NCBI RefSeq assembly: GCF_964194025.1
Contig: NC_134471.1
Coordinates: 25,358,001 to 25,422,000 of the forward strand
Origin: Convolutriloba macropyga
Taxonomy: Eukaryota
DNA: 64,000 nucleotides
Reading direction: 5' to 3'
Position 1 is the stretch's first letter. Each line of letters opens with the position of its first letter. Shown in pieces: positions 24,826 through 38,929 of the stretch. Both the position numbers and the translations under genes were made by a program. The notes beneath the pieces were generated by a model. That model searched no databases. It was not told where the DNA came from and worked only from the letters and a program-made list of their open reading frames with translations.

Positions 24826-27800
24826 GTTAGTGCATGAACGAATTCTCGATTTTCATTGCGTTGTAAAAATGCTTATGATCAACAAAATATACGCAAAAAA
24901 TCATTATTTGACGTGAATGATTAATTTGTCGCTCTCATATGGATTCCATCACAATTAGGGCACAAAAGCTTGCGCTAATGAAAACCTAGAAAATAGGAAA
25001 TTGCCGGTTGATGACTCTTAACTAACATTTTGATACCGCAATCAAAAACTTTTTTTTGCTCCGACGCCCCACTTTAGTGGGGAGGGAGGAACAATATACG
25101 CAAATAGGTTTTTTGTTCAGTCAATTTTGGCCGATCGATATATTCATCGTAAAGATTTGTGAGTGGTATCATTAAAATGCACGTACATCCTATAATATGG
25201 AATTAAAAAAATTTCTTCGAATTTCATTTTTTCGAGGGCGTTTTCGTGGTTTAAAGTTTTGTGAATATTCGACCATTTTTATTCATATTTTCCGTAATTT
25301 TTGCTAACGTTTGGCTCATTTTTGCTAACATAATTGAATTTAAAATTTTTAACGGTAGAGTGTTACTGTTACCGTTAGAGATAGAAGAGAGTTGCTGAAT
25401 TGTTTGATTGGAGATTTGTTTGGCTAAAAATTTTGATAACAATTTCAAAATTCGGAGACAATCTTAATCAGAAATTGCTCTAAATATGCTTCCTTGGTCC
25501 ACTTTGTTTAAGTTTGCATAAAATGGAGACCTATAAACCGCTGACACAAGCTCCTTAATCTCCAAAAGAGTGTTTGTGGAAAGATAGCGCCCTATAAAAG
25601 TCATCTGCATATAGAGCTTTGCGGTTTTTTCAAATTTAATTCGATAATTATACAAAGTCCTTTCACTTATCAGTTGAACAGTTGGTCTAATTGGCAATTA
25701 ATTGAAAACCTTGGGTGGTTTGTTAGACGGGCACCAAAATCAGGGATAAATTTGATATCACCACGGATGCTTACAATCAGAATTTTTTCATATTTTATTT
25801 TGGTGCTGCCTTTTTTTTCAAAGTTATTTTGATTTTATTGTTCTATTTAAGGATGATAACTGCAAAAGTTTTTAACTCAATTCTCCACTAACGATAGCTC
25901 GCACTTAAACTAAAATGAGGCCAGATGCAGATATACTATCTTTTCAGAGAACCTAATGGTTTTTATGGCTTTGAAGAAGAGTTTTAGTAAACTTTTACTG
26001 AGTTCTTGTGTTTTCCTTCAATTGTTATACTTTTTGCAGTCTGACTACAAAATCGAACTAATCAAAAATCCAAATGGCTTCTTCAACAGGTGCAGGTGAA
26101 CCTCTAAAATGCATTCGGTTGTTATCTAATGTCTCTTAAAACATTAAATAAAATTGTTTTAAGAAAATTTGTGATTTTTTGAACTTAACAATTTTGTATC
26201 TTATTTCAGATATTTTTTAGCTTATTCTCAGTAAAAACAGGTCTAAATTTTTTTTAGAAGCTAAAAGTTAATCTTTGTGGCGGAATGTTTCCAAGAGAAA
26301 ATGGGCTTTTTTGGTACACGAGTTTTTATGCGAAAAATTATGATTTTTGTGCATAATTGCCCGTTTTCGCTGTTCTTCCTGTTTTTTTGATAACATTACT
26401 CAACACAACATCTAACTGAAATAGCGTGGCAAATTTCGTAATTGAATATACTTAATTGATTTCATAGCTTAGGGTTTTAAGGGCTGCGACACCGTTCCCT
26501 TGTAGATTTTTGTATAGTTTTTTTTGTTTTTGCCCTAAAATTTTTGTTGTCGTATGCCGATTATTGGTTAAGAAAAGGTCTCTATGGCCAACTAGAGAAA
26601 AATAAGTGAATTTACAAACTGATAACAGTATTTTGCTAATGGTTTTTTTGACTTTCAAGATCTTTTTTTTTCAAAAAGAAGTATTTTTCAACTTATCTCT
26701 TATTGTTCTGATTTTCGTCTTTTTTCGTAATATGCAATTTTGCATCCTGTTCGTTATTTCGAGTCATCATTGAGAGATCTCGTTAATTTTTATGTTGAAA
26801 CTACCAATAATTTGTGTTGGTTATTGATTAAACGTTCTGACTGATGTTTTTAGGGATTAGACAATTTGTTTCAAAAAAATTTTGTGAAATTTAGACATTT
26901 TTCAATTTTTGTGGTTCTTTTTGTTGTCATAAAGAGATCAGATAGTTGTTTAAAAAATTTATGATGTTGAAAAGAGATGCAAGTGATGATTCAACTTTCC
27001 TGCGGTTAATATTTTATAAATTTAGTGACTTCAACACTGTGGTTTTGTAGTAATGTTGTTTGTAAGTTTTTTTAGTTCTGCTTGTATTAAGTGTTACTTT
27101 ATAGTCTTATGAATTAGTCTCACCAATAACATGCCTAATTAGGTTTAGAAAAAGTTGCAAAATAAATTACCTACTATTTTAATAGAGAGCCTATGTTGGC
27201 CTGGCATTTTGAAAATACTTGTTTTTAAAAAAGACAACGGATTTCTGAGCTTTGCCAATCTTAATGCGGTCGACTTATAGCTGGGTATATCTATAGAAAA
27301 GTCACATCCCTTATCTACTGAATTAAACTTGCTATTCATTACGGTTTTGTTTTCCTCAAATGGTCTTTGTTATTGTGTTTTCATGTGTTTACCGCGTGTT
27401 CATAAAATATTAGTTATTTTGCGCATATTCGCCCATTTTTGAAGGTTTGTTTTTTTTTTTCAAAGAACCACAGTAATGGGCAGTTCTCCGGTCATTAAAA
27501 AAAACAATCAAAAATTGTTAACGGCCTTAGTGAACAGCTTAATGTTTAATTGGCTGAGACATCGTTTTTTTGAAAATTTTGATTTCTTTGCCTGCTTTTG
27601 TCGTTCTAATTGTAGTCGTATGACATATCCTGGATAATGAAAAGTCTCACTCACTGTCTTTCGAGGAATAACTGAATCTCTTAATTGTTTCAATTGATGC
27701 ACAGTGTTTCTAATCAGTTTGACATAAATTCTATATAAAAATGCAACGTTTTTCTTTTGCTGATTTTTTGTAGACTTGTTACCAAGTTGCATTTAGGAAA

Positions 27801-30800
27801 GGTCCATATTTTTTTTTCTAATTAAGTAAAGGTGAATCTTTTTTAGTATAAATTTTGTCTGATGCTATTTTGGTTTGAAAAATTGGACAGCGAGTTTTGG
27901 TCGTAATAAATATTTGTAAATATTTGATTGTATCGGTTGTCATGTTAATGACAGGTCTCATCGGCCCTCTAAATTAGATTGTTTCATTCATTTAGTAGTT
28001 TGTTGAGCGATATATTGATATTTTAAAATCTCTTCCTCATTTGGTAGACAATTAACTGAAAAATTTAGACGAGCGGGCTTTTGTTAAACAAAACACTTGC
28101 TCATTTTCAGGCGAGGCGGAGGGGACGCAGGCGAAAGTGGGTTGTTCCGTCGGAAACAATTCCGCTCACGTGAGTCCATTCTGACGGTTTTGCTGAGACA
28201 GTCTAAGAACATCAGGACAATCTACAACATCTTCGCTGCAGTTCTGGTTCATTTGTTCATCAGCACTTGTGTCAATGACTGGCTCAAGAACAAGAGCATC
28301 TTTTGGAAAATTGAGGTATGTTTCCAGTGTGCATCCCGCCTCACCTTGATGACGTCACATGTCGACTTCAAATGCTTAACGCAAAATTGCATCCTATTCT
28401 AAGTTTTTTGCCCTGTAATTGGAAATCGAAATCCCGGTGAGATAACCTTGTGAGATCTTGGGATAACTATCAGTCTCTATTAGAGCCATCCGAGTGGAAC
28501 GAAAATTGAAGTGTCTTGCAAAGATCTTAATAAGAGCTGGCAAGAAAAGGATGAAATTAGCACACGTTCGCAAGATGTTTGGACGTACTTCAAGGAGTTA
28601 ATTTTCTTTCCATATAATATCGAGACATGTCAAAGATTTGCAACGCAAACCCAGCTCTGTCAAAATCAAAACTTTACGTGTCTTGGCAATGTCAATTAAA
28701 TTTTGTCGCACGACTTTAGAAAGTTGAGAGAGAACAACCTAATGTAAATTGTAGAGTCTTTCCCTTTATAATCTCCCCATAATCTAATTTCGTGGGCGTC
28801 TACAATGAGAAAGACTCAAATTGTGCATATGATAAGCTTTGCATAGCTTGTCAAGATCATATACTTAACTAGAGAGATAAAAACAGGCCCGTTTTAAAGT
28901 ATTGGACCTACTTAGACCCCTCTGACGTTCCAATATAGAAAAAGTTTACGCAATATCCACATAGAATTGAACCTTGGAAAAACAGGGATGAAAATAAGTT
29001 CAACCTGCGCTTGCACAATGTTGTGTTATCCCCCCTCCCCACCCCCCCCCCAATTCATCCAAACAATTTGAACCCAAATTTTTATTCAACACTGGAATAA
29101 TATTGAAGATCGACATGTGTTTCAAATTAATAAATTTTTCTCTAAACTTTTAGAACACCGACTCAATAAATATTATCAAATTTGGCTGGGCTGCTACAGA
29201 TCACACACAATACGGGATCTCTTTATGTATGCCAGTCAAACTTGACAAAAGATATAACAAATCGATAACAAATCGAAGGCAAAGATATATGCCTAAGACC
29301 TGTCTGTGCTATAAGTCTCAATTTAAAATAGTTGGGGGGCTCAAAGTGTTTAATTTATAAAAGAGTAAATATAAAATTACAGTTTGCTAATTACCAGTTA
29401 TGTAGTGGTGAAATCAAGATGAGCTGCAAAGCGATCGTTCAGATGTATAGTTATTCAGTTGCGTGACGGCAAAAAAAACGAAAATAGATGTTAAAGTTCT
29501 TTAAACAAATTAATTCGATTATCTTCTTGTTGAAATTTTCAAGTTATTTATTGAAAAAAGGAAAGCAGTTGTCTGCTGCTGATCTCTAGAAATTGTTTCT
29601 GTCTCTCTAATTTTATTCCGTCCCACTTCGCTGAGAGAAACAATAAATTCCTCTCAGCTCTGTTTGGGCCGATAGGGAGCGAATCACAAACTCACGTTCA
29701 TAGTGAGGTGCTTCTTAATTTTCCTATTGGCCGAGAAGGCAAGAGAATTAACTCTTTTTTATCTCACGGAAAAACTGTTGAAACTCCAAAAAATAATAAA
29801 AATCTAAAAAGCTGAGAGCATCAATTATTGATTTTGTAGGCGCCTGTTTTCTGCTTTTCCCCTCTTCTAAAACCGCAACAATTATGGTTTTCTTGGGGGC
29901 CTTTTATGGGACTCTATTGTCTTTTCCCCTGAAGCAATCTGCTTCATCTTTATTGAACTTGGGGGGAAAGATCTGCATTGCAACTGTCAAAAGCAGAAGT
30001 AATTTAAATCAAAAGAAACTGTGGTTTTAAAGGCCGCCTACGTTCAACAACGTACATTTTCTGTCCTGGATATAAGCGAGGAGATCCAGGCCTAAAGTTG
30101 TGTTATTTAAATAAGTCGAACTGAGTTGTTTAAATACTTGTGTACTGGTAGTCTTAACAAGCGTTAGTTTGTTTAGCGCGCGTCGAAAGAATGGTTAATT
30201 AGCGCCTAAATACGTTCGCTCTAATGCGGGATTAATTATCCGTTCATTTGTAACGGCTCTCGTAATACTACAATATTTGAGCAGATTCTCTTATGTTTTT
30301 CGGAACATTTCAAAACGGGAAGAAACAGAAGTTTCTTCCCGTTTTGTATCAAATTTTTGTATCAAAGGGTTAATCAAACCGCAAACGTGAGTTTCTGTAA
30401 AAAAAAACAAAAATTTTTCGGAGATGCATATTCTTCTTGACCATAATCTTCTGAAAAAGAGAAAAAAACCAGTTAATTAATTTGGAACTATATTTTACAG
30501 TTTGTAGCTATAACTGTCCATACTGTCAGGGGAAAAATTCTAGAAAAAGATTCTGGTCAACTGCTTCAGAAATAAATTTTCTTGTTGCCAAAAAAAATTA
30601 AACAAATGCCGAATAATGTCAATTAATTGTGCAAATTAGAAAAATTGTTTGACAACTGCTGAAAATTAATAACCGAAAACTGCTGTAAAGTGTTCTGACT
30701 AAAACAAATTCGTATTTCCACGAAGATGACAAATTTGACAAATAGTCCCTCAGTTGAAGTATTCTACGCTTAAGTGGTTTTCTAACGATGACACTCATCT

Positions 30801-33800
30801 TTCTATCAAAAAGCTATCAAACGGCTGAAATTGGCTGACAAAAAAGGATGAACATGTAATTCATCCCCTCCAATATGGTCCAGAACAACTGAACATCCGT
30901 TGTTCTTAGGTTTGCATGCTTCTTTTTATTTGGATCAAGTAAGTTGAGCAAAACCTGAGTATAAGATGCAATTGTGGGTGCTAATTGATATCGATTGTTT
31001 TTATTTGATTTTTACGGAAATTTATGAAATTAGAGTAGGCTAGCGGAGTGAGTAAAGAAAAAATGGTGAAGAAAAATTATGTTTTTTGAATGTCTTCACT
31101 TGTAGGAAAGGTTTGATTAATTTGGTTAAAAAAATGTTAAGTTCCTTAATAATTTATCGCCATTTTTGTAGATTAGAAACGAAAAATTTTGTACATTTTC
31201 TGATCAAAATACAAACTCTTGCTTAATTATGTGGAAGCAATTAGTTCCAAGAATTCCAAACCACAGACACAGCACGCAATCATTCAAATTGGACGGATTT
31301 GGTCTTTTATTGTGAATGGGAGAATTGTTATTTTTCCTTTCGGTTTGCAGATCATAACCTGGAACTTTGGCAACCTGCCTATAGTGATCACAATCTGGCT
31401 AGTGATGCAAGTGTCCACTCTGTTAGTGGTCTATCATCTCTACAGTTTCTGGGCGACCAATCGGAGACTGTTGTTTGGTGACGTCAGAATAATGGATACA
31501 CTCTTTCTAGTCATCTACATCTCTTATCAGACTGCCTTCTTCGTTGTGCCCGCATACTTGTGCAGAGTCAGTTATCAGGTAGATAACCAATCTGCAGTTT
31601 TAAAGATACTTTGATTAAAGGCGCTCATTTTTCCAAAAAAAGAGAAATTCTTCTTGAAACACGCCCGTTCAAGTTTAAAATGTCAGATTTCTGCAGTGCC
31701 GTTCCCCAGCACTGTTTTGAGATTTGTTCAAAACAAAAAAACGTACGAAATTGTCGGTTTTCGTCGGTTTTTCTTCGCCAAAACCGATAAAAAGCCCTGA
31801 GGTTTGCTTGTCGTTTCAGCGGTTTTCTTTGCTTTGGAAGAATGAGCATCAGAAGCCATGTTTATCAACTTAATATCCATCGATTTTATCAACTTAATAT
31901 CCATCGATTTTCTCAACACGGGTTCTACAATGCCCGATTTTCCTATACAGTACCAGATTTCAAACTTGCTAGTTCGTGTTCCAAGCAAGGTTACGTGACT
32001 CCTTTCCGTGGTTCTCGTGACTCCTTTTCCTACCGCATTTCGTGGTTCTCGAATAATGACAGATTTTTCTCATCGTAGTTACGTAACCTATACAGAAAAT
32101 GGTACCGAATTGAGTATTCCACTCACTTTAAGTGCCGAATATAAGGGCTTTGAGCAAAACTCCCCTAGCTTTGATCTTGAAATCTTTTCCCGTTAATATT
32201 TTGACTCCCGCAATAGCTCTTAATGCCAAGCATATGAAATAACTGTACATTTTCAAATAGGTGAAACAAAATACATTACTATCGCAAAATTTTAATTAAA
32301 ATTTGAAAGAAAAACGAAACAAAATGGTTTCAGCTTCCACCGGCGTCCACGCTGATTGTCATTCTTGAGCAGCTACGATTCTTAATGAAAGTTCACTCCT
32401 TTGTGAGAGAAAACGCAGCCAGGTCAATGCGATACGTGCCAAAGAGTCTGCAAAAGAAACCTAACACATTGAGTACCAACGAGGGTTCGAGCCCGAGTGG
32501 GGACGACAGTGGCGGCTCACTTTCTTCCACATCCCGAAGTGTTAATGCAGAAGACAATATTGCATGTCCAGATTTCTCGTGCTATTTGTACTTCTTGTTT
32601 GCACCCACCCTTTTATACAGGTATGCTGTAAAAAGTATTCGGTAAATCAGGGTGTGGGCAACATACGCTAATTTTGACTTCATATTGTAAAGTGTAAGAG
32701 CCCATGTATTCCTGCCAGTCAAGCTCTAGCTTGAATTCCTACTTTCAGAGCTTTGGTTATTATGGGGGGGGGGGGGGAGTATTGAGTAAAATTACACAGT
32801 AGAGTTTCCAAATTAAGGTTCAGGAAAAGTGTTTTCCATAGGTCGAGCAAAAGTGTCATGGGCATTTGACTCGTAAAATTCCAAAGTACAGGTTAGATCA
32901 ATTTATCGGTCGCTCGTGGTCTTTTCATAAGTCGCAGCCTAAACCTGGGTTGTAAAAAGGCAATCAAAAATTTCTTTTTCAAGACTAAAATTACCATTCA
33001 ATTTTCAAGATGTAGTCAATTCGTGAACATTATCCTGATTGGGAATAGTTCTAGCAAAATACTGACTCAGATGTGACTTTTAACCTGATCAACTTCCATA
33101 TTTTAACATCAGCACAGAGCATCCCCCCGACTTCGCCTCCAGAAGATATTTTATACAAACCAAGAATTTTTTTTGAAGACAAATTAATAGATTGACAAAT
33201 TATTTGATTATAAAAATAATGGTTGATGTTGATAACTAAATCAGGAGTAGAAATTGCAAAACCTTCCATTAATTGAGATGGCAACTTAGCTGCATTTGCA
33301 CCCACATAAGTGGGTCTTTATCGAGAATTCTGTCGTTATAGTGCAACGGAAGTTGCAGAATTTTATTAAACAGTTGTTCATACTTGTAGCTTGTAACAGG
33401 ACGTTTGAAGAAAGCGAAACATCCGATTAAAGTTAAAACTAAACCGAATTTCTGGTGCAAATTTAGGTCTTGAGAATCTTATAGATCTAAAAATTTTACA
33501 GATATACCTTAGAGTGTCACAATGATAGTTTTTTTGTCAAGGTCAAAGTATTAATAAACGAACTTGGTTTAAAAATCTGAGAATAACCTATGCTATCAGG
33601 TAAAATACTGCATCAACCCTGAAATTACCCCCCCCCCCCCCAACCATCCAAAACTCCACTCAGGCCATTATTTTGGCTTTGTTTGAGCTATTTTGGCGCT
33701 CCGACGGGCTGACGACTAGCTTATAGTTTTTTTTTACCATCAGAACGTCGTGTTACTGACGTGCGTAATGTGTTCGTGGAGAAATTCGAAATCATGACAC

Positions 33801-36800
33801 GCTACGGAAATTTTGGTCATTCGAAATTTTCACTTTAATTACGGTCACTGTTAAATATTAGTGGAAACTAGTGTATCACTAGTGCAGCACTAGTGAAAGT
33901 TGTACTATAGTCCTTTTTAGTGAAATTATAGTGGACCACTAGTGGAGATCACTGGGACTCCAACCCGGGCAAACCATGATCAAGATCGTGACCCCTGAAC
34001 AGTATTGGGCGCGACTCTTCATCAGAACTATGTTCAGACTTGAGGCTCTGGTCACACGATCAAAAATGGAATTAACCTCAGATCACAGACATTGATGCGA
34101 CCATGTTTTCGAGACTTGTGTAATTCCAGTAATTACTCATGGGAAATTTTTGTATGAAGGACTCAAATTAAGATGAATTAAAAACTCTGAAGACTCTTAG
34201 TCAAATTGATTAAATGAGTTTAAGGTCAAATTAAGTGTCTGTATTTTCAGGGATGAGTACCCGATGACAGATTCGATAGACTGGAACTTTGTGAGGTCCA
34301 ACTTTATACAGACTGCAGTGTGTATATTATATGCTGCATTCATCGTGTCCAGATTCATATTTCCAGTATTCTCAGGTGCGTAAAAAGTTTTTTTTTCGAA
34401 AGTGTGAAACAAACAGACCAAAGCTTTCCGAGGTTAATGCGTGTAGGCCGAGTGAAACGATTAGTGACGAGTTGTTCGAAAATATCGGTTCTAAGGTATC
34501 ATGTCCTTATGATTACAAATGACGGGGTGTACTTGGACCAATGAAAACCTGCTCTATGCGTCCGAGAGAGCAAATGACTATGATCAGAATTTCCAGAAAA
34601 AATCAGGGCAATTAGTTTTGCTTTAGCTTGAGTCTGGGCTGATCAGGTAGCTGATAATTTTGCCATTAGGTTGAAGAGGATTTTTATTTAAAAAACTACA
34701 GATTTGTGGTTCAAAAAACCGGTTTAAGATGCGGTCTAAATGATTAAAGATCCGAAATGGAATGAGAATATGACCGGAAATACCCGGTTTATGAATCGAC
34801 GTGCGATTATGATTCGAAGTAACAGTAGTTCGATTCATTGACTCTTCCGCAAATAAGTAGTGGGAATTTGATCCAATTTAGTAGGATTGAAGACCATTTA
34901 CCTAAACTGTGAAGTTATACCACAATAATGTTGTGTTCGTTGTATATTGATACCAGGTTATTTTAGAGTTTGGAACGCAAGCTTTCGACTGGGAGCTGTT
35001 TATCCAATCAGTGTTCAGTATGATCCTACCTGGAACTCTTCTGCTAGTGACCTTTCACTTCATGTTCCTCCATTCGTGGCTCAATGCGTGTGCTGAGATG
35101 TTGAGGTTCGCAGATCGTATCTTCTACAGGGATTGGTGGACTTCTACCTCTTATGGACAGTACTACAGAACCTGGAATGTGGTTGTTCACGACTTTCTCA
35201 AGGCATGTTAATTTTTAGTACTCATTTTAGCTTTAATGGCTTGAGAATTTTATTTAAAAAGGAAGGTTGTTAATGTGCATTTGCACATGATGTTCCGACG
35301 CGAGCTCATCTACTTTTTTGACTTAATTGTCAACCAAATGAAGAGATAATCAAAAATGCATGTTTGATTTCAAAGAAACGGTAACACTTCCAAACTATAA
35401 TTGAATTATATATTGCTCTGCCACATTATAACGTGCACAAGATCTGCCATTAACAAGACTAAAAGGAGAAAAAACAAAACAATCACGAATACAAACCATT
35501 TTTTGCGGCAAAAAATCAATATCTAAAATTAAAAGCACCAAGGAACTATGTCAAAATGCAATAAGATCAAACCTTAACTAAACAAATTTACTTTTTAGCC
35601 CCACAGCAGAAAGGACTTTTCCTTAACGAGACTAGGTAACAACGCAACAAAAAAAGAAATAATGAGGCGAAACTCAAAAATCAATCAACTTTTATTTTAA
35701 CCAAATAACTTCAAACGTCTTAAAAACCAGTAGCTTTTCACAAAAAAAAACCCCGGGATAAGTTCACAAAAACGTCGTTAGGAAACCAATAGAACCTGTC
35801 TGTGGTTAACTTAAGCCATAGAAACGGACTAAAAGTGCAGAATAAGTAATAAAAATACAAACAATTAGCGAAAACACAAATTATTTATATAATTGAAAAC
35901 ATTAGCGAATATCTGAATATTATGTTTATTTCAATTGTTATTTTTGCTAATTTAGTTAAAACTACACTGAAAAGTTAAATATGTTCACTTGGACCTCATT
36001 TGAAAATCATTGGAATATGTTATTCCGCGAATTTGTCAGAAAACAAAAAGAAACACGGATATTGACCGCGCACAAAATATTTATGAAAGCGCATATTGTC
36101 CACAAACAAAACAACAGTTATGGAATAATATCAATCAGCACGTTAAAAGGTTGAATATATAAGAAGCGGGAGGGATCTTTTAATGATGAGAAGAGGTTAC
36201 AAATTGACAAAAAAGAACAACTGAAAGAGAAGTTTTTTTTAAAGGAAAACAAATGAAAAAAAAAACTAGCAGAAGCTTAACACCTTTAGCTATACACTAA
36301 CTGCAATGAAGAAGTTATTTCAACTTTCAATTTTTAGCCTATGAAAACTCTTAGCATTCATCAAAAAATTTACGACTACATAAAGAACAAAACAAAACTT
36401 GCAAAAAGAGTAAACTCAAAAAAATTGAGATAGAAAAGGGTCAACGCTATTCAAAAATGAACTATTCAGTAAAACCTTTATTTTCATTTAAGTTTTTAAC
36501 GGAAACGCTTTGTTTTTTTTTGCATTAAAAGGACTCAAAAAACAACAAATTTGAACCAAAATGTTAAAATTACGATACTTTTTAGGAAATTAGTAGTTTC
36601 AAAGCCATTAAGTTCAAAAGAACGGAATTCTATACATACGCAGAGTTCTGTCTCGATGGGAAACCAATGACATCTGTCATTCCTAACTCATGAGTTAGTC
36701 ATTACATTTAATCTCATGACTATGGAAACGAAAAACGTCACAGGCACAAACAAAAATTCATTAGAAAATTGCGAGAAGAAAATGTCGAAGCAATTATAAT

Positions 36801-38868
36801 CATAAGTTTTTCTCTGAACATTTTATCTATGATCAATTGAAATTTTTCATTCAGCAAATTGAAACCATCAATATTAGCATATTAGGGTAAGATTTCAAAA
36901 GGAAATAATAAAATGAAAAATTATACAAAAACTTTTTGAATATTCTGAATACTTATGGCATAGAAGTCATAAAATCAAGAGTTAGAAGATAGAATCCTTT
37001 ATCAAAATATTTTTGGTTGCAGTAGAAACACAAATGGATCTGTCATTATTGAATCTGACTTACAAGTACACAGAAATAGGTTTGAGTTTGGATAATTTTT
37101 AAAAGTACTAGATAGGTTTAGTTGATGCTCGTAGCCAACGAGACTAAAAAGTGACTAGTCTCCAAGCAACTCTAAGTCAAAACCAAAAAAAATCAAAAGA
37201 TTTTCAGAAAGCAGCCCTGTATTAGAATTGGATTTTTTTAGCTGTAAAGTTTCCTATCAGACCATAAATAGCCTTCCATTGCCTTTCGTCTATTAGCGAC
37301 ACAAAACAATTAATTAATTTCAAAGCGTAAAATGTAATTTTGAATTAAATTTTTTAAAAGGTCTAAATTTGAGCAAAAACGCTCCTAAATGAGAACAAAA
37401 TGTTGCCAAATATCACGTGTTCACATACAACTTTAAACTTCGATAACTCCTCGAAAAAAAATAAATTTAATAAATCTTTTTCTTTTCGATTTCTGCGCAG
37501 TACAAGCATCAGTACAAGTTATTTCTCATCAAACGAGCAAAATGAACTTGTGTTGGTCTCGGATTAATCGTTCTAATCACTGGTCTGATTGTTTCTGAGT
37601 TGGTGTTTTGATAATTTCGGGTTCGTTTTCGTTTGTTTTTGACTTGAACGAAGTCTTGTTCATCTTGTGATGTTTCGTCTGCAATGTTTTGTGCTTCAGA
37701 GAGAAGTGCACTTAACTGGCTCATTTCGGCCAGCGCCGTTTTGCGAACTTGAGGCAGGAAGGCTTTAAATTGAGCTTAAGACTTTTGAAGATGAAGGATA
37801 AAACTGGGTGGAAAGTAAAAACTTTTGAGCTTAAGACGTTTGAAGGTGAGAGTAAAACTGGAAGAAAAGTAGAAGAACAATCGGGAAATAGAGGAAAAAA
37901 GTCGATTTAGGGATTTAAAACCTTAAGCAATTTTTAGTGAAAAATCTCTTTTTATAAACGTCTCACTCCCAAAGGACGTTCCTGCACAAAGTGGAGTACT
38001 TGCTTGTGGCTTTCCTATCACACTTTGAGGTACTGATCCGAAAGTGACAATAACAGCGTTTTTGTCACTCTCATGTTAGGCTAAATCGATACTGTAAATA
38101 ATTTCCATTTATTGACCCTGTCTTTATCTTGTGCTCAATTTGTTTTACAGGCTTATATTATGTACGACTCAGAGATCCTGTTCGTGAAGTTATTCGGAAT
38201 CAAGAGGTCCAAAAATGTCCACTTCCTCTCCATTTTGACAGTGTTCCTGGTGTCTGCTCTGGTGCACGAATACGTCATCATCATGGCTGCTGGATTCTTC
38301 TTCCCAATCTTATTCATCATGTTCTCTGGATGTGGATTCTGGTTCATGATTTTGGTGCAGAACAACAGATTTGACAGGTGAGAAAATTGATGTTTTCAAG
38401 CCGGTGAATTTCCCTTTCAGGACTACAGCACCGAGATGAATGGGGTACTAATTTCTGGGTTCCAATTTCCACAGTCTCCTCTGGTTTACAAATTTTGCAT
38501 TTTTTAATTTAATGTGACCTCTTTTTATATTCTCAATCTTAAATGAAATTACACTCCACTGATGCGCTATAGTTATGACTAAATGCATTAAATAAAGGAT
38601 AACAATGAGACAAATTGCCCAATTTTTACCATATTTCCATATTTCTCGCTAGAATCGATAAACCGTACCTCAACAGTAAAAGTCCTGCCGACCCCCCCCC
38701 CCCCCCCCAGTGCAACAACGCACCGCTGTACCCTAGGAGCTATTTAGGAATAAGAGAACCCGAATTCACTGCCACCATTAAACCTTACAGCATAGCGCAT
38801 ATTAACTTCTAACGCCAATTGTGATTATATTCTAGCCGGTGCTTCTCATAGGTAGATAACTGATGCCA

Positions 38869-38929
<61 letters not shown>

